A DNA stretch of 63,899 nucleotides, counting the filler, from Dimorphilus gyrociliatus (Eukaryota; Animalia; Annelida), in assembly GCA_904063045.1 (NCBI GenBank). It is 5 parts of 5 records of this genome, joined end to end, with 100 filler letters (N's around TTAATTAATTAA, not from the genome) between each part and the next. Parts side by side here need not be neighbours in the genome. Positions count along the whole stretch, not along the records: positions 1 to 21,876 come from CAJFCJ010000183.1; 4 more parts are not named here. One strand, 5' to 3'. The position numbers and the translations under genes are program-made. This document shows, piece by piece, positions 1-13,400 of the stretch (the first letter of the stretch is position 1; every line of letters begins with the position of its first letter). The notes below the pieces were generated by a model. That model was not told the DNA's origin and made no database searches. It saw only the letters and a list, made by a program, of their open reading frames with translations.

Positions 1-1447
1 GACCTAATACTTCCAGTATCAAAGAAAACCACTTCTTTTGATGTCAATATCCTACGTCCCGTGTTACATTCACTTCCATAACATATCAAATTGACTCTAG
101 ATTTAGTTCCAGCTTCTTTCCTATTTCCAGTGTAGATATGTACTTCATATTCATATTTATCTTCCTCATAGTTATCCAGTAACGGTAAAGGGATCCAGAG
201 TAGCCTGTCTCTTTTGTCAAGCTTTCTTACTAGTACAGCAAGAGGGATGAAAAGAATACAGAGAGAACATATTGTTCCAAATACAGCTGCATTATCTGCT
301 AATTTGCTTGCAAAATCATCAAAAACTGTATCAAAATCTATGAGATTTGGTGCCATGTCTAATCCAGCTCCTAAACTTCCAAATAGATTGCTTGTAAACT
401 TGGTTTTTGAGGCTGTTGCCTCTTTATTAATTTCACATTCGCTTCCCTCCTGCCAACTCTCATCTTTCCAAAATTTGCATGAGGGATAGGATATTTGGAT
501 GCTATAATTAAGAATTTGATCTGAACAGTTGGAACATGAAACAACCGCCATAACTGTTTGATTTTCTTTTGGTCTAAGCATAATGGTCCGTTTGTATTCA
601 TTACAATCATTATCGTCTAAATCGGATGAGCATGTCTTGTTGATATTTGGTAAGATGAAAGACTCGTTGTTCCTATCATTAACTGGTCTAAAATTGTATC
701 CAATCAATACTGTGATAATATCTTGATTTTTCAAGTTGAAACTCAATAACAAGACATTCCTCGTTACATTAAGAATATGTAAAGCTGAATTTTTAGTTGT
801 GTTTATATACTGTATACCATCATTTGCGTTCTTCATATTCAGAGAAAAAGAAAAGTTGGTTGAGGTGGGATCTTGTTTGATGCTTCTCTTCTTCCTTTTA
901 GCTTGTTGTTTTGATATTGAGAGACAAGGTTGAATTTGAAATTCAATTACTGATGACGTAACATTCGAAGCAGATTTAACCCACATATATGGATTAATAT
1001 TAGACATCATTAATTTTCTTGTAAAACACGAATTATTCTCATTCTTAAAGGAATTAATCTTTACAAAAGCAAATTTGGATGTATAATTATTGCTTTTAAC
1101 TCTATCTGAAGATGTTCTATCAATACTAATACTCATTTGTTCAAATTCAACTTTTAAAGGTGGTTCATTAATTTTCTGTTCTATTAGTAATTCATCAGTA
1201 ACATTTTGAACAGCTTTAAGAACATTTGTCATGACATTTTCCAGTTTTTCATTGCTGGTGTGTAGAAGTATAGTATTGTTGGTATTATTTTTTGGCGCTA
1301 TTGTTATATTTTCAGACGATGTAATGTCACAGAAAAACAATGTTGAATTGCTTGTTTTATTAAGAGTAACAAATTCTTCTTTCTCTTTCACATCTATCCT
1401 ATAACTATCAGCCGCCGTAGTTGTTAATATACATGTTTCTAATAAGC
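1..1447 (-). CDS. Exon encoding GAIN subdomain B, degenerate GPS, TM1 and start of PLAT
   Basis: Missed by the ORF track because there is no stop in the window. Acceptor ttaacag at 1450-1448. Open frame reads ...YPSCKFWKDESWQEGSECEIN...TKFTSNLFGSLGAG...NAAVFGTICSLCILFIPLAVLVRKLDKRD...YEVHIYTGNRKEAGTKSRVNLICYG..TGRRIL, the typical polycystin TM1-PLAT junction. Confidence 0.9.
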
Positions 1448-4400
1448 CTGTTAATCGGTGATAAAAAGAAATTCTTGGAAGTTTTTATATTTAATTATTT
1501 CATTGCTGTTTTATACTTATTGATATATCCTTTTTAACTTTTGGAGATACATTTCCGGTATTTAATCCATTGTTTAATTTTCCTATTTGATTAGCAACAT
1601 TAATCTACAAATAGAAAAAAAGAAAAGTGTACTTTAGCTCTTTTTACCAATCGCATAGTTGTTACTTTAGACAAGCCTAACATAGTCTGAATATGATCAG
1701 ATTTTAACTTTCCCTTCAAAAAACCCTAACCTAACATCAGTGGAAGTTTTTTCCTGCTCTCTTAAAGAAGGCTTACCTGAGAGGTGATATCTACTTCCTT
1801 TGGTTTGTATACAAGAGTACTAATGAGTCCATTATTTTGCTCAAGTTCATCCGTTGTCTTGTGTGGAATTTTCAATGCAAAATCAATCATTTGTTTTCGA
1901 GCCTTTTAATGCAAAACATAACTAATATTCATTTAAATAATAAAACAAAAGTATCCACCTGTATTCTTTTTTTCCTCTTTTCGCAAGAATCTTTAATTTC
2001 CTCTATTTCAGTGAAATTATTTGCTTCTTCAACTGACTTATTAAGCTTTGCATTAAGAATTGACGTGACTGAATAAATAGTTGAAGCCACTTGACTAAAG
2101 TTACCATCTTTTAGTTTTGCTTCTATATCGCCATTTGATACAATATCTACGATCGAATTTAATAGAGTGTTTTCAGGTTTGGGGGGTGGCTTAACATGAA
2201 CGTCAAATATAAATTCAAATGTATCACCCAGAGAATCAAAAACAGTAATTAACGTTTCAGTTATTCCATTGTTTGGATTTCCAACTGGTAACATCAGATA
2301 CACAGCTTCTTCATTGTAAGAAAAATATAGTAGAAAGCTAATTTTTTGTCCCTGAGGTCTTGCCCTATACTCGTACTTTAAACCAGTTGAGTTTTCCGAT
2401 TTCTCAAATTCCTGCCAATTTAGGCAACTTATCTCGAAATTAGTTATTGATGCAAAGCCCGATCTAGGTTTGCAATTGCAATGGCCACCAAATGGTGGTT
2501 TATTCACAAGAAATGTCTCATTTGCATACCCAGAATCACCAATTTCTCCCATTGTACCTTCAACAATTAAATTGTGATAAGTTCCTGGAAGAAGTCCGAA
2601 TTCTTTTATTTCAATCGTATTCACTGACGAATTTCCACTGAGTTTATCGTAAAAATCATTGACGTATAACCAAGTTTGATTAATATTTTCGTATATTTTC
2701 CAATAATAATTCATTTTCCAATAGAGACTAGAACATTTTGACAAACAAGCTACATCATAAATTGTAGAAGAAGAGAGAGCCTTCTTTTCAAAACAATTCT
2801 TTCTGCATCTATTTTTTAATTGAAGACAAAAAATTTATATTATCAATAAATACAAAAAAAAAACATTTACCTTAGTTTTAATGTTGGTCTTGAAAATTGT
2901 TTTAAATGAAAAACTTGCTCATATCTTGCTTCTCTATTCTCTATATTTGATAGAGCTATAACAGTTACAATATATGTTGAATTTGGCATCATAAAGTAAG
3001 TGTTTAATGTTAATTTTCCTTTTGAATCATTGTTAATAAATCCAGGACCATTACCAAAGCATCCTCCATTTTTTTTAAATAGACTTAAAGTTGGTATATT
3101 TTGTAAATTTGGTCCTCTATCATTTAATGTTGATGGTAGTTTCTCATTCTTTTCCCTACAGTACCATTTAAAAGTCATACCCTTAAGTTTCTCTTCAAGG
3201 TGATTATCAGGATCATAACTTAATATTTCAGCATTAAATGTTTTATTGTAGTCATATTCAGCAGTGGAAAAATTTCCATGTAGAATTTCTGCGTGTAAAG
3301 GACTTGGTACTATTTCCAAAAAGTATTCATATGTATTGTTGGCATCTAAATTATTGAGCATGTACAAGAAATATTCAATCCTATAAATTCCGTACTCTAA
3401 TTGCCTTTTAGGAATTTTTAGTGTTTTGTTATCAGATTCAAACTTTAAGGAATTTGTGTTATAATTGAAAATTTTCCATTTGTATACTACTTTACTTGTT
3501 TTCATACAATCCCAACTAATATTTACTGGTATTTCAATTTGAACACTTTTCATTACCTTGAATGGTTTGTCTGAGGAGGTTTCATATTCAATTGGCAATG
3601 ATGCATTTGGACTATAACAATACCAATCTGCTACCCTTGTTGTAAACATTTTCTCATCTTCTGTTATATGATTGAACCCTCTTACTTTAACCTTATAGTA
3701 TGCTACATCCTCATAAACATGATTAAATACAATCAACTTTTGTTCATAAGGAATTAATCTAAAGGTTATTGATCTATCAAAAGCATAATCCTTACAAATA
3801 TCATTGACACCAAATGCCAATTTCGTTGCGTGTTTGTCACCAAGATCAAAGATAAAGCACGAATTTGTACCCATTCTCTTAATTTCCGTTATAATAGTTG
3901 TTTCATTTGTTAATAAAACAGTTCCATTATCTCTTATATCTTCTATTAGTACCTCATCTAAGATGATTTCTGTGGCAGTTTCTAATCTCTTAACAGAGAC
4001 TAAATTACTACAAACAAGGTTTGTTGTTAGATTTCCAATTGAACTTTTTGGAAAATAAAAATTATATGTAAAGGAAGTAAACGATGGCCAAGATGTAATA
4101 AATTCATTTTTAGACATACCATTGCTAAAATCAAATAAACAATACACGTCTTTAAGCATTTCTTGACTGGATTCTGAGTAAAGATTATAAGAAATCACAC
4201 CAGGTGTCCATAATATTGATTTACTTGCGTTTAGGCCAATGTTTTTTATCTTATTCTGTACAATTATTTTAACTATTTGTTCTTTTTTGCTAACTTCATT
4301 CTCACCAACTACTTTTAATGTATAATTTCCAATATCAGAGAATTGTACAGAGCTTAGAAATGGCTGGTCAACTGCAAATATCTTTGGGTGTTTTTTCTTA

Positions 4401-7400
4401 ATAATGGATGATAAATAATATATCTTATAGGTAACTGATGAACCAGCGCCAACTGTGATCTCCAGAGGTACATTCTCTAACTTTTCATAACCAGGTTTCC
4501 CTAATTTTACTGATAGGTTTTTAATCTTTTCATAAATGGATAAATTAAGAAATTTTTCAAATTTGCTAACAAAATTCTTACAACTTATATAAACTGAAAT
4601 ATTTGAACCAACATCTTCTCTTACATAATTATAGCTTAGAACAAGTGATTTTACAGCTGTTAATTGAGGTTGATATAGATAAGGTTTACTTTCATTAGTT
4701 GGTTGAAAAGAACAGAAAACATCTGTAGGAGATGGTCTGTCTTGATTTACTTTAATAGAAAAAGTTAATGGCTGTTGATCTACAGTTCCAATATAAGGGC
4801 CTTCAACTTGAAAATCATAAATTGGTATTTGAACTATGATCTTTGAAGGAACAGTAAAAGACTGTTGATTGACACTGTTTTTTATCACAGCATTTACAGA
4901 GTAATTTCCTGGTTCAGTATATTCGTATGTCAAGTATTTTGTCTCATAAATTGTATTCATCCATTTATTTTGTAAATTTCCATTTCCGTAGTCTAGTTTT
5001 AATGTGATATCATCGCCACTTGTTGTAAGAATAGTAAAATTAACTGTTTTATTAACTTGAACAAGAGTAGTATCAACTTGAAAATTGAATCCATTTATCT
5101 CTTCCCTAAAAGTTGCATTTCTAACAAATTCAACGCTGGAAACTAAATTATAACATTTTTTTGTAATATTTACATTTTTAAATTCTCTTTTATTAAATTT
5201 CTCATCTAATGTGAAATTTATTGAACTTCCAATTAATAGATTTTTATTTGTAAAACTTTGTTGACTCTCCTTATTGATTGTAATTGAGCAAGTAACATTT
5301 GTAGGTAATATTAATGGACTGTATTGTTTAACAATCATTGATATACTCCTAGGCTCTTCATAAATTAGAGAGAAAGTTGCATTCATAATCTTATTCTGAA
5401 CTAATATTTGATGTTGATTTGTCAAAGTATTTACAGAGTTAAATATTTTAACTGTTAGTGAAAATAGTCCAGGAGTATTATATGTAAAATTTACTAGATA
5501 CTCCATCCCTGGTCCATTAATTAGCATATCACTTGTTCGTCCATCTCCAAAATTTATTGTTAAATTCATATTTGTTCCTGTAAGAGTGGATATATTCATT
5601 TCTACATCTTCAAAAGTTGGTAAAAGATCTTTGTTAATTAAAACATTTAAGTTTGAAATTTCTTCGTCAAGGAGAATTCTCTCTGTAAATGAACTATTCG
5701 AAATCTTGTTGAAACAGAAAGCTGTCACTGAGATGTTTCTTAATTGTCTTGAATTATAAATGTTCGGGTAGTTATAATCAATATTGAAACCTGACAGTAA
5801 ATTGATGTCTTTGAAAAAATTCAATTGATTAATATTGAATTTATAGGTTGATGACCAATCTTCAGCTATAGTTTTATTTTCAAATTCAGCTATGCAAGAC
5901 ACATTGGTTGGTAAAATTTGCGGTTGGTATTGCTTTATGAATATGGAAACATGCCTGGGAGGATTGTACTTTAAGGTAAACGATATATTTTCTATCTTGT
6001 TTTGGATAATCATTTCCTCTATATGGATTAGAGTGCCAACGGTATTAAATATTGTTGTAGTGAAGACATATGACCCAGGCTCTCTGTACGAATAGTTGAG
6101 ATAATGATTGAGACCTGGACCACTGAATTGAAAAAATTGCTTGTCTCCATTTCCAAAATCAATTGTTAAATTCATATTTGTTCCTGTAAGAGTGGATGTA
6201 TTCATTTCTAAATCTTCAAAAGTTGGTAGAAGGTTATTACTAAACAAAAATTCTTGGCCCGATATTTCTTCTTCAAGTAGAATATTTTGTGAAAATGACG
6301 AATTGGAAACTCCATTAATGCAAAAAGCAATAACTGTAAGATTTCTAAATTCTCTCTTGTTAAAAATTCTTGGATAGTAATGATTAATTATTATTCCATT
6401 TAATAAATTAACATTAACTAAAGTATTTTCGTTTCGCAAATCATAAACTTTTTGAAAAGACCAATCTTTTGTATTAGTTACATTTTGAAATTCTGCTATA
6501 CAAGTAACATTTGTTGGCTTCAAGAAAGGAGTATATTGTCTAATGTAGATAGAAACATTTCTTGGAGGAGTATATTCTAGGGTAAATGATGCATTTTCAA
6601 TTCTATTCTGAACTGATATACCTTGAGGATAGAAATAAGTTTCTTTATTAACAGTATTCTCAGCAGTTATCTCTACATTATATATTCCTTCATCCTTAAA
6701 TGTGTGATTTTTTGTGAATGTAAATCCAGAATATTTTGGACTTTGCAAATTGATAACTTCATTATCATCTAAAGTTATTGTAATATTCATATTTGTACCA
6801 CTTTCTATTGTAAAAGTTAGAAGAAACCATTGAAAACTAACAAGAAAATCTGCTGTAGAAGATATTGATATATTTTTGACTTCTTCTTCCAAAGATAACA
6901 TTTTTGTGGAATTCTTTTTCGAAATTTGATTAAAACATATAGCCATTATTGTTAGATTTCTTTTCTCTTTTTCATTGAATACTCTATCGTAATCGTAAAT
7001 TAGAGATATGCCATTGATAAGATCAACGTTATGGAATATTCTTTCATTTCCATCTCCAGTCACAAATGAGCATGAAACATTTGTTGGAATTAAATTACTT
7101 TCAATTTCTAGAATTGTTAAATTAACATTTCTAGGTTCTTTATAAGAAACTAATAAATCAATTGTCTTTATTTCGTGTTGAATAATCACACTTTTAACAG
7201 TTTGGCTTGAGTAGTTAAAAAATACATTTCTGGCTGTTGCTGACGCTCTATACTCACCAGCTGTTGAGTAGGAATGATATGCTAAAAATGGCTTTCTATT
7301 TGCAAACAAGTCAGAATCCTTTAAAATCTCTTTTGTACCATCACCAAATAAAATCTCATATTCAACATCACTGCCATTTTTTAAAGTTAATTCCAAAGAA

Positions 7401-10400
7401 ATGTTTTTAAGAGATGGCCAGTACATATCCTCAAATTTCATATTTAAGTCAGTGATATTTTGCTGAAGTTTAAATATATGAATACTGGATAAATTTGAAA
7501 CTGTATTATTACAGATGACCATTGCTGTAGCTTGAACTTCATCAACCATATAGATAAAATCAATAACAACTGGGCTGGAAAGAGTAAGAGTATCAGTTTT
7601 TGATATTGTTGAATTTTGACCAGTTTCAACTTGACATGTCAATGAAATATCCTTTGTTTTAATATCTGTTGCATATTTATAATTTATGTTGAAAAATACT
7701 TGAACAGGAGGTTCATTCGAAATATATTCGCTCTTTATGAGAATGTGATTCTGCAATATTGGTTCAACAGTTTTCATTAGCCATTCAACTTGAGTTCCAA
7801 CTTCATTCCAAGCTGTCAAACTAACGTTGTATACACCATAATTAGTGTATAGGTAGTTTATCGTGTGCTTGCTAATTGGTCCATAAAATTGTGTATGACC
7901 AGAGTTGAACCAATTCCATGATATTGAATTAACATTAGTAAAATTTAGGCTATAATTTACATCAGTTCCTTCATTCCATAAAACTGAGAATTGGCTGTTT
8001 GATCCCTCTAATAAATTATCAGCGATAATCTCTAATTTTAAGCCTTTTATTGTTAGGCCTAAACAGTTGATAACATTTTTCATATCCCAGCAGGAAATGC
8101 TATTTTCATCATCAAACAAGGTATAAGATGACCCTTCTCCAGGTATAACTTTAAAGCAGAGGAATTTGTATTTTGAGCAATGACTTCTGGGAATATTTAA
8201 TATATTCATAAATTCCCAGAATTGGTGTTGATTTATTGATAAATTTGATTGAATATTTGTAGAATTAACAAGGCTATAATAGTTTTGCGTCGAATCATCA
8301 AATTCTACATTAGTATCAGTGAAAAATATACTAATGTTGAAATTGTATCTGCTAGTTGGAACAGTAACCACATTAAATCTTTTATCAATATTTGTCCATT
8401 GTAGATATGTTTGCAAATAATGGGGATATCCTCTTATTATGGTTTGTGGGGGAATAGTAAGATTTGCCTTAATTTGCACGGCTATAACAGGAGTAAACAA
8501 TTAGAAAGGGATGACTAATCAAAAAAAGAAAGAGAAAAATTACCTGGTGTGCAGTTTTTATATGATGTCAAATCAAGGCATTTAATATCATCATTTCTGT
8601 TACTTTCCGTATATGATGAAGTATTTGACAATATAATTCGAAAGCAAAGAAACGAATCAGCAGCTTCGCATTCAGATCTTGAAAGATAAATGGGAACTTC
8701 TACTGTTAGATCTAAAGTATTTCCAATTTGTATTCCTTTCTGTTTTTCACTTAAATTCAAGTTAGATTTCTTCCAATTAGGATTAATGCTATCAACATTT
8801 TCACTTTTATTAGATAAAACACTTTCAATATCATAGTTGAAATATTCATCAAATAATTGTTCAATATTGTGGTTATTTGAATTTTTGTTCAATAAACTAA
8901 CAACAAAAGTATGATTCTGGGCAACATTTCTGTAGATATCTTCCGATGAAGTAAAAGCTATTTTTGATATTGATAAATCTATATTTGGTTGACAATTTAC
9001 AAAAGATGAAAATGGCAAACAAAGTCGATTATTCCTATCGTCCCATTCTAAATTTTCGCTATCAGTAGACATCATGACGTGGCCGCATACATAGGTTTTG
9101 TTAAAGCATTGTAATATTGGAAAATTCAAAGAAAATGTTAAAGATATAGTTACTTCACCCCTATTTGACGAGTTAGTTGCGTTTCTACTTAGTAAGCCTG
9201 AGTCCAGTCCAGAGTTTGGGATCAGAGTTACATCTTTTCTCCATAGAGCTGTAAGATCTTTCTCCGAATCAGAAATAATTGCAGAAAAGTTAAAATTCGT
9301 TAATGGTAGAATTGATTTTGTAATTGGCCATCCAGCATAATTAAGTAATATAGCAGTAGATGATATTAAACTATCTTCCTCCCTTATAAATTGACCATTA
9401 AATTGTATGCTTTTCAGAAGAAGATCCGTAGCTATATTTTACAAGTTTAGAATTAGAAGATTAAAGATTTACAGTATGCTTTAAATCATCCTTACCTGGA
9501 CAGCATGTATTGTTTTTGCGAAGACTATACTCTTCACATTGACAAGTATACAATATAGTATTAAGATTTTGTGGTTCTTGTTGGGGAAGACAAGAATTAT
9601 ACGGTTCAATGCAATGTGAATCTGATTCGCAAAAATCTCCGTAAGTCTTATCGGATTCTGATGATAAAATTGAAAAGTTTTAGAGAAAATTCTAATTCTT
9701 ATTCCTTACTTAAATATTTAATATTTTGTTTACCGTATTTTCTTTTTGTGGCAATTTCAACTTCACACAAACTTAATCTACGATTTGAACCTTCCATCCA
9801 TATAACTAGATATGAGCCTTGAATAGGTCCACCATCGCATTCGATTGATTGTTCCACACCGGAACCAACTGTTCCAGTGAAATGTTTGCACAATTTAAAT
9901 AGGGAGGAATTAAAGTTACTCTCTGAAAAGACGTCTGCTACACCTACTTTAAAGTTGGATAGTTCTGAAGCTATATTTTACAAAGGAAATTGATTTTGAT
10001 TGAAAACATTTTGTAAATGATATCTATAGCGATTCTTACAACAACAATCTCTCCTATTAAGGACTGTTATTCCAGTAATGTTGAAAGTTTTCAACAGGGA
10101 AACAACCCACCAAGGATCATTTGTAATTTGTCCAATTGCGCAATAACCCGATGCACCGTCAATTGCCTGCTTAGCTTCATTAATACCATCGGTTGTTTTT
10201 TGTAAAGCAACCTTACCACGAGCAATATTATCTATTTAATTAAAAGCAAAGAGTGAATGTCTGTTGACAGTGCTCAGGATTTATACAGAAGGAATAAATT
10301 TTTTACTAACATGTTGTCTCTGATTTAATTTTAAAAATCATCTTTTCTACTTGAAAATTAAATGCATTTCTCAAGTTTGTTGAATCAACGAACCATTTTG

Positions 10401-13400
10401 CATTGGATCCTAATAGATTAGATGAAGAGCAAGAATCTTTGGAAGGAAACCACCAACCAGATCTTGTATTTTGCGAACAAGATCTCTCATTATCACTATC
10501 ATATGTGTAAAAGTTTGCACCAATCAAAAAATCAGCTGCCATTGCGCTGCCACTTAAGAATTTTGAAATATGCTTTGTATAAGATTCACTTTCAGCTTTA
10601 ATAATAATTGTTTTAAATTCATTATGTATATGACTTCCATCTTTAGACCACATATCAATTCTTCCATTGTACTCTCTAGCAGTAGTTAAATACGTTGCTA
10701 ATTGATTGCCTGCCCAAAATTCTTGGTCACTTTCAAATCCATTTTTATAATCAGACCAACTTTTTGACCAAGAATCATTAATGCTTGATAGCTTTTGACC
10801 TAGAATAGTCCAATCTTCGAAACATTTTAATTTTGCTATTCTATCAGCTCCTCTAACATCGAAATCTGAGGATGGGAGTGAAAAACAATCCGTAATAAAC
10901 TCCACACAACCATATAGTTCAATTTGTGCAGCGAAATATGCAAATTTATCAATTAGATTAAATTTAAGATAGCGTGTCTTAAGGGAAGTTTTGAGCATGT
11001 ATGACCTTGCGTAAACGTGATCAAATAAACCTTCAAAATCATAAGTATTGCTGTAATCCCAAGTTACATTTTTCCATTCTATATTATCTAAAGATGATTG
11101 TATTTTAAATTTAGTGATATATCCTATTTCATCCAATTTTCCAGTTCCTTGTAATATAAAAAAAGAGACGGTTAAAGACTGTTCAAAATAGAAGAGAATC
11201 CACGGATTTGAATCGTCATTCCTTGGTCTCCAAAAACCTTTTGTACCCTTTCTTACATGTAGTGGTAATTTACTTTTATCAGTTGATGAGTCGTATTCCG
11301 AGGAAACGTTCCACTTTATTCCTAAAGCGTTTTCTTCAATAAGCTTAAGCGAGCATTTTCCTGAGGAAAGGAACGAAAATGATATTAGAACATAACCTTT
11401 TTCTTAGTAAGTGAAATAAAGCTTGTTAACCAGGATGAATAGCTTCAAAGTATAACTTGTCTCCTTCTTCTGCATCCCTTTTAAGGTAACTGTTTTTAGA
11501 GTAAATATTTGATGAATAAAGGACACAATCTTGCGTATTTGTATCAAAAGAAAAGGAAATGCATGTGAATCTTATCTCTTCGTTACACGCCATCAAACAA
11601 TCAAACCGCGCAATAGCTTTATAAACTATATTATAGCTTGTTGTATTTAATGAAGCGGAAGTGATTACTGTCCATAATTTACCTATTTTTTGCTCAGGCA
11701 TCACTGTGTTGGTGACGTCATGATTATTAAAACACTTTGAAAGAAAAAACAATAATAATAATTACGTAACGCCTGTTTTTCACACGAAATTAAATAATTT
11801 GTTGCTGTACAAGATAATTTGACCCAAAATCCACTTATTTCTTGAAATCCACCACAAAGACCAGATCCAATTGATGTATCCCACCTTATTACTTCATCGG
11901 TAGGTAGCGTACTCCCATCTGGCCAAGTGTATTTACTGGATTCGTAATGTAGTGCCATACGTGTCTTGAGTGAACTTCTATATTTTGGAATATTTTATTA
12001 ATTTTTATAATAAAAAGACTAAAAGTTTGTTCAAGTTTACTTTGAAAAAAAGCCTTGAAGAAATACGTTTAAAATTTCGTCGTACTTTGGTGAAATTAAG
12101 TGTCCATCTTCACTCCATTGGATACCTTTGCACTCTTCAACGGCATTATCATAGGTGTATGGTGTTGAGTATGGGTAAGAGATACATTTTAAACCAAAAA
12201 GGAAGTATCCAGGAGGACATTCTAAAATAATCGTAATTCTCGTGATTTCAATTAAAAAAGAGGTTTCTATTTCATTACCTGAGTTCTGTTTACCATTTAC
12301 AGATATTTTCCAGCAACTGAAACTTTCACTTTGAATAAAAATTGACAAATGTATAGTCAATATTGGAATAGACAAAAGAATCTTATGGGTTGACTGAAGA
12401 GAAGAATAGATGAACGTTAATAAATTTACATAAGTATTAATGTTAATTATAGAAAAAAGGGAATAATTACATTTGATGTTACGTAATCAAATCCCTCAGT
12501 ATATCCATTCCAGTTTACTAAATCAGTTGAATATTCAATTGTTATATTAAACCTCTTAGTTGCATTGGAGATAATCACAAATCCAGTGATTTTATAAATA
12601 CTTTTAAAGTTTAAACTTAGTTTGGTTGGTTCTAAGTTATTTTTTGGGCAGGTTAACTCTGCATTTTTATCAATTGGACCCCAAGAAAATGAAGTTCCTA
12701 TAGTGTCTTCTTCAACTGTAATTTGTTGTAAATCATTCTCTGGATTTATTATTGAGTCTTGTTCTAATCGAAAATATTAAATATTGGCAACATCATTAAC
12801 TTCTACAGTAATGTTAATGTATTTAATACGTTACGTTTTATGCAACCAATAATTTCCAAACGTACGCCCTTACTATTCAACCAATTCTTTGAGGAAAATT
12901 TGATAAATTGTAATTCCAAAGTTTTATTAAACAGCAATAGATATTTCATATTTCTTGTGATTTCAGGAGTTTGTCTCACATTGAGCGACTAAAATAGAAA
13001 TTATTTTTATGTTAGGTTATTACTAAATCATATATAGTTAATAGAAAACGTCTTCAGACGCCTTCTACCCTACGCAAATGAAAGGAATAATAAATTATAA
13101 ATTTGTACGATTATTTTTGGCTGTGTTCCCAAAACGTAGTATTTTATATTTACTTTATAATCTATTGGTTCTTCATACAATATCCATCCATGGCTTCTAT
13201 GTAGTGAATATTCAACATGAAACTCAAACGTATACTTCTTTTCATTGTGGCACGTTTGCATAACAAAACCCGTAACGTGATAGACGTGACCCAAGTCTAT
13301 TTGTAAGTAGTCATTGGGAGCTGCAGCTTGCGGGATCCAACAGTTTATACTATCTAGCCTCACATTAGATGTATGATACGGATTTATATATGATGGAGAA

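Noticed and set aside
214-2076. Plus-strand ORFs 214-489, 736-933, 1837-2076 and similar short ORFs opposite long exons throughout the window
   Set aside because: These are antisense shadows of well-supported minus-strand exons and have no motifs of their own.
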